Positions 14,684 through 24,308 of a DNA stretch of 64,000 bases are shown here, piece by piece (within the stretch, counting starts at the first letter, position 1; each line of letters starts with the position of its first letter). The DNA comes from Phoronis australis. Lineage: Eukaryota > Animalia > Phoronida. The translations under genes were made by a program, and so were the position numbers. The DNA lies in NCBI GenBank assembly GCA_002633005.1, contig NMRA01000184.1, positions 561,255-625,254 of the forward strand. The letters are read 5' to 3'. Below the pieces are notes generated by a model, which was given only the letters and a program-made list of their open reading frames with translations, had not been told where the DNA came from and made no database searches.

Positions 14684-16797
14684 GGAAAAATTAGAAAACA
14701 AAATTCAGTTATCCGCCATGTTGTTTCCCAGATGGGAGAGATTTTGCCATTTTGAGTTAGACATGACACGACTCTTGACTCAGTGTTTCGCTGTGGAGTT
14801 TCTTTTCAGTGTTTTTACTAGACACATGCAATAGAAGGAAATGGGCAAGTGAAAGCTGAGGGAACATATCGTTTAAAGGTTTCCTGTCTTGAACGTATTG
14901 TTTTCTCACCATAGATGTAGTGTTATCTACAATAACCTTGACATGCAATGTTTATGTTTTAACTGATTGTTTGATTGTTTTGCAAAGTAGGAAGTGCGTT
15001 TGCACTCAGTTGGATTCTCATGCTACAAGGAATAGAACTGCAAGAACTCTTCAATGTTGTGAGAGCACGAAAGGGCCTTTGCTTGACCCGTTTTCTAATT
15101 CGGGTGTGAATGATGAGCAGGGCGATATGTAATTTCTTTCAGTCCCAAACATTTTGAGATCTCAGAATTTTTGTATGATTATTTCATCTTATGATTATTT
15201 CCCTGAACAACATTGGCAATTTGAGATGAGAGCTGTTGGTCTAGTTAGTAACTGGAGTGTAGGTTAGAAGTCATCAGTAAAGCAGAGCTCAATGGTTAGC
15301 ATAACGGCATCTCATCAAATGCGATGTGGCAAAATTCCCAGCTCACCAAAGGAAAACAGCGGTCAACAAACCACATTGGCAAGAGCCAAAAATGAAATAT
15401 CTAAAGCGAAAATGTTCGGCAAATAGTAAAATTTACATAAGTTTTGGATGCTTTCATCAGTAAGGACAGCCAACTTTCGTCAGACGTGACACAGTAAATA
15501 GCGGAACCGTTGTGACGTCAATATAATCTTGATCACAGATCAAGTGGAATTGAGTGTTAATGCACATTGTGTGTGTGTATGTCAACATTGATAGTTTCAT
15601 GACCAATGGATCAACAGTGCTCTAAACTCACACCAATGTGTTAAAATGCATTCACCTCCCGGTCATTGCCTTGGTTAGATTTCAAAAAGTTTAGCAACTG
15701 TTGATGTCACCATTTTAAGTAACTGGGGACTCCCTTATGTTCAGACTGTGTTTATGGGTTAACCAACTGCTTATAATTAATTAGCAGGTTGCAATTAAAT
15801 GGAAGTACAAGTGCCACTGTGCCAGTCAGTGCAAACATGTCTGAGGTTGGGAATTGATTACGTTTTGGAGATTTCAATGTTGCCGAGTACTTGATTTATC
15901 CAAGTTTGAAGTTTGCATGGATCTATATACCCACTTTGGTGAAAATTAAAGTCAAATAGAGGGTTACAAATGCCGCTTCGACTGGCGCTTTGCTGGAGGT
16001 TTGTACCTCACTTTTGTAGCCACACCTCTTCCTTCAAAAGACATGTGCGCAGCAGTGGTAGGAGACATTTGTTTGTCATCGCATTATTCGTTTTTCACCA
16101 ATTCTCCCAATCGTTTGATTCCGGTAGTGAGGAGACAAACTAACTGGTGGTGAAAATGACCCCTTTGTGGATAGCTTGTCTAGAGCTCTGGCTAAATTGG
16201 TAGCATTGTGCTAGCGCTATACTAGCGTTTTACTTGCATTTTACTAGCACTTTGGTATTAAAACTGCTAGTGTTTTCGCTACTCATGTAAGCCTAGTATA
16301 ATTGGAGCTATGTCTATGACAAATTTCTCCGAGAAAAAAAAAGGTAGCATATTATTTCCAAAGATTATCTCCATGGAAACCTTTTCTTGTTCTCTGAGAT
16401 AAATCAAGTTCTATTAATCCCATGTGAGTGCAGGTCTAGTGCAGCTGATGACTTTTGTAACTCTTGTGTACCTTAGTGAGGCCAGCCAGGTTACAAACTT
16501 GTGGCAAATTCTGACAAGCTGAATCACAGGATTTCAAGCAAATGACTGTAACATGCGGAGAGTGACCAGTGAAGCATGCTGCCAATGACTTGAGCAGACG
16601 ATGTGCTGGGAGGTTCAAGAAAAAGAGAAATCACTGAAAATATGGATTGTTCCAAACTTTTTTTTCTTTAGAAGTGCAGATTTTGCGATGCTAGTTTGGT
16701 TTTAGGCAATTGCTGATATGAACTTCAGGAAAAATACTAAATGTTTAATGTTATATCAACAAGTGTTGGTTGCTTATTTTAACAGTGCCATGAAAGA

Positions 16798-17020
16798 TTG
16801 TAACCTGCTAATATTTGTTGTTGTTTTGGTCACGTTTTCTTATTAGAAGTGTAACCTGCTAATATGAAATCTTGTTTTGGTGACGGGTTTTAATTAGAAT
16901 TCTAACCGGCTAATATATGTATTCGTGTTTTGTCGCATGTTTTTTTATCACAATGATAGCCCGCCAATATGTATTCTTGTTTTGGTCACAAGAATTGTAG
17001 CCTGCTAATATTTAATTATT
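16798..17020. repeat. Degenerate ~50-bp minisatellite, about 4-5 copies
   Basis: Recurrent TGTAACCTGCTAATAT...TTGTTTTGGTCAC variants near 16799, 16850, 16901, 16955 and 16996. Confidence 0.6.
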
Positions 17021-17973
17021 TTTTGTCACATAATCCAGAATGGTTAATTCTTCCAGGGCAACAGTATCTGGTAATGTTGTCATTGTCCAAGAACAGTTAC
17101 AGAATCAATCCTTGTTTGTTGGAGATCCATATTACTAACTTGCTAATGAACATGTTTCCCAGTGTCACTGTTCACTTTGAAACAAGATCTTTCTTGTTGA
17201 TTAGTTTGTGTGGTAACAATGACAGGTCACCATGGTGTTGAATACTCTGCCATCAATGTATGTAAAATGTGTGCCCTTGAAAACACATTATGGCGGAAAA
17301 GTGGTATTTCAATTGGTCAAGATTGTTATCAAAGAAAGTATTTCTCCATTGTTGTATTGCTTGTTTGTGTTCTGTTTTCATTAAACAACGTTTGGTAATT
17401 TTTGGTAAGTCTTTGAAAATAATGACTATCCTAGCAAATTTGTGTCTCGTAAAATATGTACCATTTTATTGAATCCCAAGTGGTTCTTTTGTGGTTATTT
17501 AAAAGTTATGTTGACAGTTAAATTATTCATTGATAAATACTCAACTGCAGACACACAGCATGTGTCACTCTTGACACTGAGGTTTGCTTGCTCACTGATA
17601 GGTGGCGCTGAAATTTGATGATCTGAGAGAGCTTAATGATGCTTGGCAGTCTAGTTCATCATGGCCCTTGCTCACCTGAGGAGAAATAAGTCTGTGCTTT
17701 TCCGTTCTTCTCCACCAAGGCTGCAACACATGAACAACAAGTGTGAGCTCTGCCATGCGTCGGTTGGTGTTGAAAGTGAGGGGTGGGAGAGAATTTCTGA
17801 TCACAGGCAGGAATTTTTGGGCCTATTGAGGGGGGAATTTTTGTGATTTATTTTTACTGAGGAACATGAGCCGATATTCAGCCCCAAAATCAAGGCATTG
17901 TAGACCCTGTCCATGATTACGACTGTTCTTTTCTTCATTCCAAAGTTTACTGCTCCATATTTGTTGGGTGACT

Positions 17974-18061
17974 ATGGACTATCTCTGAGATGCACATGGA
18001 CTATCTCTGAGATGCATATGGACTATCTCTGAGATGCATATGGACTATCTCTGAGCTGCAT
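17974..18061. repeat. Minisatellite, 22 bp x4
   Basis: ATGGACTATCTCTGAGATGCAT consensus, four consecutive units. Confidence 0.95.
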
Positions 18062-18396
18062 GAACATTGTGGCAGAGACGAGGAGAAACTGTCATGACAG
18101 TGGTCAAATGTGATGACTTGGTCGACATGCCCACTTTTTATAATCAGAACTAGACAGAAATTTGGCCAAGGCACCTTGCTGCTCCACAGCAAGGGGTACT
18201 ATGTGCTTTTTGGACAGAAGAAATCACCTCGTTGTGTGGCTTCAACTCCAAACTGGCAGATTTGGCGCTCTTAATCGATACAGGTACAACATACAGTGTG
18301 GACTTTTTGGAGAAGACCTTGTCAACATGAGGAACCATGTTGCTGTTGTGACTTCTGTCTGATATCTACTTCCAATATATATGAGCTACCAGTAAA

Positions 18397-18695
18397 CACC
18401 CCGGCCAACCCGCGATCGAGAACGACCGGAAGGCGATCGAGAACGAAATTTGGCGCGAGAAGCGAAGCCAGAAAATGTAAGTAAATTTGATGAATTTTTG
18501 GTTGTTTTGAGCTTCAATACGAAAACAGAGACATGAGTTCAAGGCGTAACACATTGAGGAAGGCCAGGTAGATGTTTAGGCTTGTGTCTCGTCCAAATAT
18601 TGGAGAANGTACATCATCGTCGTCTGCCATTTTTGCGGCAAAGTGGCGTTCTCGATCGCTTTCCGGTCGTTCCCGATCGCGGGTTGGCCGGGGTG
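18397..18695. mobile_element. Non-autonomous DNA transposon with CAC...GTG termini, 49-bp TIRs and 5-bp TSD (Transib/RAG-like signature)
   Basis: Left TIR CACCCCGGCCAACCCGCGATCGAGAACGACCGGAAGGCGATCGAGAACG (18397-18445); right TIR 18647-18695 is its reverse complement with 2 mismatches. GTAAA directly flanks both ends (18392-18396, 18696-18700). An N lies at 18608. Confidence 0.85.
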
Positions 18696-19782
18696 GTAAA
18701 TGTATTTGGTTCTGAACCTGGTACTCAAAGTTGGTTGACTTCTAGGATACTACCCTAAGGGTATCAAGTTTATAATCCCTTAATCCTATTTGGGATGAAA
18801 GGCTTCCATGCTCCCTGTGGTGAATTAATTACACAGTGGTTAGCTGCCAATTGTGTCACTCCCTGTCAGCAATTAATTAGTGTGTGGTTGTAGAAGTTTT
18901 CTCACAATACTAACATCTAGCCTTGTTCCTTAGCCTGAGCATTGGCCAGCAGGGTTACATGTCACTATTCCGAAGGTTGACTACTCCATAAGTGCACTAC
19001 TCTGAATGTCTGTTAGTGAGGTGGAAGGGACATGCATAAAGTATTGTATTTATGACCATTTAGTGAAGACTGGCACTGTTGCAGTGGTAGTTTCGACCGT
19101 GCTATGTGCGTGGATCCAATGCAGTGGGTAATTAGGTTGAGGAGCAGCTGATAAAATTTTCTGTCGCGCTGTGAAATTGTGTGATCAGGACATGGATTCA
19201 ATGAATGTATCCTGGTTGATGATTCATTAATATTCCTACTTCATATTCTTTAAAAAAATGCAAGTCCGTACTCATGTTTCCGTATTTACAAGACATACTT
19301 TGAAGCCCAACTTCGCATGCCTAACATAGTCTATTACTACCTGGGCATTGTTTTCTGTAGGTGCACCACTGCGTCTTATAACAGAAGTACCATGTACTTT
19401 TACATATAGAAACGTAAAAACTACACCTACTGAGTCTGAAATTTTATGTCTTCAGTGTAGTGAACCTTCAGCGTTGAACATTTGGAATAGTGGGCTCTTC
19501 CTGCCAGCGTGCGGTCAAGTTCCTAATGTGGAAAGTCATGTGAAATGTATTGGTTTCGTTACTTAGTTCACCACTTGAGAGTGCTGTGAAGATAGGTGTT
19601 GATACTTTCGCATTTAATAAATACATGAAATGCCGTTTGTTTTTTATATTGTTTCGTTGTACGTAATGTATTATTCTAAGTTCCCTATCAGTACAATACA
19701 AAAACATGTGTAAAGTCTGCAGGACAAGATAACTGGTGCTTGTTAGTATCAACACATCGACATTAGTGTGAAAGGAACTGAA

Positions 19783-19987
19783 GTAAAATCTCGCCAATTT
19801 AGGACACAGTGGAAGTGAAGTGAAATTCCATTTTCTGTAGAAGATCCATAGCATTAAATTAATGTTTTTTCCATATTCAAGTGGTGCTCAACCTCCAGGT
19901 CGTCCACAATGACAGAGGCCATTGAGAAATGGGAAAGCAGCAATTGTGGCAACTATATTTTTGTCTAAAATTGGTGCCATCAGAGTA
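19783..19987. mobile_element. MITE, ~230-bp GGTAAAATCTCACCAATT-TIR family (Tc1/mariner/pogo-like), diverged copy
   Basis: GTAAAATCTCGCCAATTTAGGACAC at the left end and TTGTCTAAAATTGGTG near the right end. Confidence 0.5.
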
Positions 19988-20176
19988 GCAGTGATGGTTT
20001 TGTATGCGATTTGTTGCAAATTCATATTGAAAATTAGATTTCGATAGTTGAGATTTGTGCACTGGGCAGCTTTGAGCAGTTTTGAAAATGGCGTTAACAG
20101 CGTTCCTTTTGTGAATTGGTGATGAATGAAAAGTACATTCATTGTTTGCGAAAAGATGTGCGCTTTGTGGTTATAA

Positions 20177-20419
20177 CGTAGAAAATATATCTGAAACTAA
20201 ATAAGGCGATCCAGATCCTCCCAAGGATACTATTGTTTCGTGAAATGAAGAATATAAATCGGTAAATAAAACAACAAGAATGGATCAACTGAAATTTGAA
20301 ATTTTCGGAGGTAACAACTTCCTTTATCAACAAAAACTGTTTTTGTTGATAAAGGAAGTTGTTACCTCCGAAAATTTCAAATTTCAGTTGATCCATTCTT
20401 GTTGTTTTATTTACCGATT
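20177..20419. mobile_element. Penelope-like pseudo-LTR fragment with inverted (head-to-head) duplication and 10-12-bp TSD
   Basis: TTGTGGTTATAA at 20165-20176 and 20418-20429 flanks the insert. 20257-20419 is a perfect palindrome (81-bp arms, 1-nt centre at 20338) containing a minimal hammerhead motif. Confidence 0.65.
20342..20381 (+). ncRNA. Minimal type-I hammerhead ribozyme-like motif (U3-A8 variant); mirror copy on - strand at 20295-20334
   Basis: UUUG / UUGAUAA-A / stem II GGAAGU-UGUU-ACCUCC (5 of 6 pairs) / GAAA-AU-UU^ / CAAA. Stem I is UUUG:CAAA; a palindromic AAUU replaces stem III. Confidence 0.55.
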
Positions 20420-22099
20420 GTGGTTATAATAAATCCTTCATATAACAGATGTAATATTTTACGTAAATCCTGCTGAAACTGGGAGAAGTACCCGTTTTCA
20501 TGCCTGCAACATTTCATTAGTTTATTTAGCATATCTTTTTTGTGATTTACCACGCTTTGATCTCTGGTAATGTTTCTTTATGAGTGCACCTTATGGTGGT
20601 GAGTCAAGTATGGCGAAACTTGGCTTTTCCATGTCGAGCCAATTATGTGAAAGTGTTTTCTCTCCTTATGCAGTGTTCTAATGCACTTGTGCAGCCTGTA
20701 ATTATTACTGCTGGTGTTATCTCCTGGACTCCTGCTATTTTCTCACCTAATCCATTCATCAATAACATGTTCTGATCATGATCAAGTCCTGGCTCATTCA
20801 CATTACAGGCATTGAAATACTGTTTGAATCTGCTAATGAAGCTATTTTCTGAAGACATGTTTATTTATTTACAAGTGTGGATGGTTGTTGTGCCAAATTA
20901 AGTTAATATGCTGTCTTTGCCAGTTTTCATAAATACTGTACTTAGTTGTGATATCAAGATTTATTGTTTACAAATTGGATAATAGATGCCGCTGTAGTTT
21001 GGTTAGCCTGAGCAAGAGAGCTTTGAATGGAAGTTTAAGGTTAACATTTTTGCACTTGGATTCACTAAATATACAAAATCGTCAGTGTCAATGGCATTGC
21101 CATTGTTGGAATTGTTAGTTTTTGCAGTGGTGTTTGCTATATTTTTTCGTAATAATTGTCAGTACGTCAGTGTTGTTGTCTTGAAGGCAATAGTGGTATC
21201 TTCGTCCATGTTGTTCTCGATGTTTCTGACAGCATAAGTCGATGTTAATTGTTGACAGTGTTGACGGTGATGTCATGGTTTTGGAGCATGTTCTCTGCAT
21301 TGTCATTGGTGTCATGGACGTTGTCATCCACAGTGTCATTATCTTCGTTTTCATATATCCTTTTCAGTTGATTCCGCCAAATGTCACTTCTCAAAGCTCT
21401 TTGGTTTAAATATCCACCATATCCAGGTCTCACAATTCTTCATACGTAATGTATAACATTTTTATAGCGCCATCTTGTGACAACTTTGATGACTTGAGCA
21501 TGTGGCAATAACTTTGGGATGAGTGAACTACTGAAGCTTCTCTGAAAGGTTCAACTAACTTCGAAGTTAATTTTGTATGAAATGACATGGTAATCTGGGA
21601 TTTGTATGTTTTTGTGAGAATAACACTTAATGATCATGGCTTGTTCATTACTTTCCTTTGTAATCTGCTGCTGTTACATCAGAATGTAACCAAATATTCT
21701 AAGACAAAGTTCCGGTTTAGTAGTACAGACCTTATTTTGCATAAAGATTGTTGAGGAGTATTGTTCATAGGTGTCACTACTGTCCACAGATGTGCAACTG
21801 CAACTTACATCAAGTTTCTTTTTCATATAACTTGATACATCACAGACCCTAATTGATTTTGTGTCTTCACCACCTGTGATGGTTGTTCTACCAGTATAAT
21901 AATTCTTCTTGGTTCCATTTTAAAACAAATGGACACATTAATGATGCCTATAATTTCAAAAATACTTTCACAAAGAAATCTAGTTGTACAATGTGCTGAA
22001 GAAAATTTCATATTTTTCTGACCTATCCCCACGTTCCAGGATGATAAGATGTTGTATTTCCTAACTAAAACGAGCTATGCCATAAAAACTTCCATTTAT

Positions 22100-23198
22100 A
22101 CTAAGGCTTTTATTGACGTTAATCAATTCTTTTTTGATTTTTTATTTTCACGAGGCCATTTCTATTTGATGCTTGTACAAAAAGTCATTCTGCGTGGCTT
22201 GAAAAATTGCAAACTGACTGGAACAGATCTGTGGCATGGATAACTCCTCTTAACAGATGACCCCACTCTATTAGGGCCATAACAAAAGGCAAGTCATGTT
22301 CAGATGACAACATCTTTGTCAAAGTCAAAATTGTGTTTACAGGATCAGTGAATGATATTCATGAATGATCTGCCCTTCACAAAGCAATAATCTACACTTT
22401 ATGTCGATTGTTTGTAATAATTTATTGGTATAGGGACTGGTTTATTTAGACATGGATTCGTTCCCTTTCTGTTGTATAATGCCTCTCCTGGATTCCCCTT
22501 CATTGAAAAAAATTCATTGAATAGTGCAGAGGCCAGGGTGTATTGCTGGTAGCGCAAGATTACATTTACTGAGACTGTAATAGTCGGTATGAAACCGTGA
22601 TGTGGCTCGTTCGTTCCAGTTTTAATTTTTAAAAAGGACAGTGTGTGCCTGTCCCCTAGATTTTGTTTTTAGGGTTAAAAAACCTGGCACACAAACTTGG
22701 AAGTCTAAAATGTTGTCCATACTGACACAACAACAACCCGGAACAAGTTATTCCTGGAACAAGTGTTCATTAGGTTTAGTAGGTATTGTGAACGCTGTTT
22801 GCGCTGCGGCAACTTGACATGTGATTGCTTAGCCCGCCTTGTGCAGGCAATGCTTCTGCTTTTAGAAACGAAAAACAGGCGATCAGGACATGTCTGTGCA
22901 TATCTCATAAACGGGCCCTTCCAGTTTTTGTCGAGCAATTCCGACTTCGATCTATTTTCTTCCTATAGTATCTTGACCGCATGTTCAGATGTGTTCTTGG
23001 CGACTTTTTTGCCAGGTCGCCTAATAAAGTCTGAGGTTGCATCAATTGACAAGCTGCAAGTTACCAATCCATCCCTGCTGCGTAACGCCATCTTGTGATA
23101 GTAGTGATGACTCAAGCATGTTATTGATAGCTGTCAAAGTCATTCTGAAAGGTCCAACCAACTTTACAGTTTACATTGACACACCTCTAGAACTGGAC
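22100..23198 (-). pseudogene. Second decayed coding relic, paralogous to the 20055-21919 relic, possibly TGF-beta superfamily-like
   Basis: Acceptor-like TTTTGTTTTAAG ends at 23199 on the minus strand. NVNCKVGWTFQNDFDSYQ*HA*VITTITRWRY (23177-23082) aligns with KINFEVS*TFQRSFSS...HAQVIKVVTRWRY (21574-21464). Later fragments LAFCYG, SVPVSL and a frameshifted MTF/LYK are loosely cystine-knot-like. 3' boundary approximate. Confidence 0.38.
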
Positions 23199-24037
23199 CT
23201 TAAAACAAAAACTGTGTGACCAGATAGACATTAGTTTTAACACACATTTTACATAGTGATACAAAGTTTCCTTAGGTTTCAAAATTATGAACTCAGTCTG
23301 TCATTAATTGTCTGTAATTTAATTGTCTAGTCTACTGTAAGTTTGATAAAAATTAGCTATGAAGCATGTTATTAGGTCACTGACCTTTGATCCGCTGACC
23401 TCCTGGCATTGTTGATTTTCAGATGATACCTATATTACATGTTTAAAAATTTTTAATTTTTGATTTTCTACTTTGAATAACTTTTTCTCCATCATGGAAA
23501 TGATAGGTCACCGGTTTGGGTTTGACTGCACTTCAGAAATGGCTTTTTCATCAGTCAAGGGAGAGATGAAATTAAGCGAAACCAGTGGAGAGAGATCTCT
23601 TGAGGTCTACAGCAAATGGGTGTAACAGGGAATTCATTAGTGTCTGGATGTAATGGCTTTATGGTGGAAAACATGTCTCTGGCTATTTTTAGGTAATCGG
23701 ATTTCAAGTGTTTGTCCCTGTTCCCGTCATGCACTGGTGTGGGAACAAACGGATGAATTTATGCAAGTACTGGACTATGCGTTTTTTGGTGAGATTAATT
23801 TGACATAGCATTGTTGCTGAGGCAAATGACTGTATTTCTTGACCAGTGATTTAAAAATGCAGCTAATTAATTGCAAAATGTGCAGATTGGTCTGGTCATG
23901 AAGTGGATGGCCATAAAATGTTGGACATGAAATACACATGCTGATTCTTATAACTTACCTTTAATTGTCACACATGTAAATTTATTTCTTTCAGTGTGTT
24001 AAAAGCTCACGTGTCGGAAATTGCTAAATTGTGGGTA

Positions 24038-24308
24038 CGGTTAAATGTCACCAATTTGGGACAAAAATAATGAACAAAATTGACCTTTCAAGAGCTTCTA
24101 TCATTGCTGTCTGAATGGTTGCATTTTTACAAAACATTATCTGGTGGTAACTATGGTATCTGATAATTTTGGCTTCGCCTGTGATGTAGCGTAGGAGATG
24201 TACTGCATGTGATGTACCGCATGAGATGTACCACGTGTGATGAACTGCATGAGACAACAAACCACCTGCTATGGTATAGAATCTTAATTTGGTGTGACAT
24301 TTTCATGG
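24038..24308. mobile_element. MITE, GGTAAAAT..CACCAATT-TIR family, with an internal degenerate 14-bp minisatellite (about 24181-24255)
   Basis: TA-CGGTTAAATGTCACCAATTTGGGACAAAAATAAT left end; AATTTGGTGTGACATTTT right end; internal GTGATGTACCGCAT-like repeats. Confidence 0.5.

Larger units (their letters stand above)
20055..21919 (-). pseudogene. Decayed coding relic, possibly TGF-beta superfamily-like; interrupted by the 20177-20419 insertion
   Basis: One frame 21919-21245 runs 225 codons with only 3 internal stops (TAA 21676, TGA 21553, TGA 21442). It contains EVS*TFQRSF...HAQVIKVVTRWRY, homologous to 23177-23082. Downstream pieces ACNVNEPGLD..ITP..ITGC (within 20858-20643) and MNVLF...LLTPFSKLLKAAQCT (from 20142) loosely follow TGF-beta mature-domain motif order. 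Family assignment is weak. Confidence 0.4.

Noticed and set aside
15283-15350. tRNA-like A-box (AGCTCAATGGTTAGC), possible tRNA or SINE head
   Set aside because: No cloverleaf or intact B-box; at most a very decayed SINE fragment.
21440-21553. In-frame TGA codons as selenocysteine or alternative-code Trp
   Set aside because: The same frames also contain TAA/TAG stops and frameshifts, and each TGA is one transition from TGG or CGA; ordinary pseudogene decay is simpler.
22763-23098. 111-aa plus-strand ORF with CxxC pairs (zinc-finger-like)
   Set aside because: Antisense shadow of the minus-strand relic; no ATG start or splice support.
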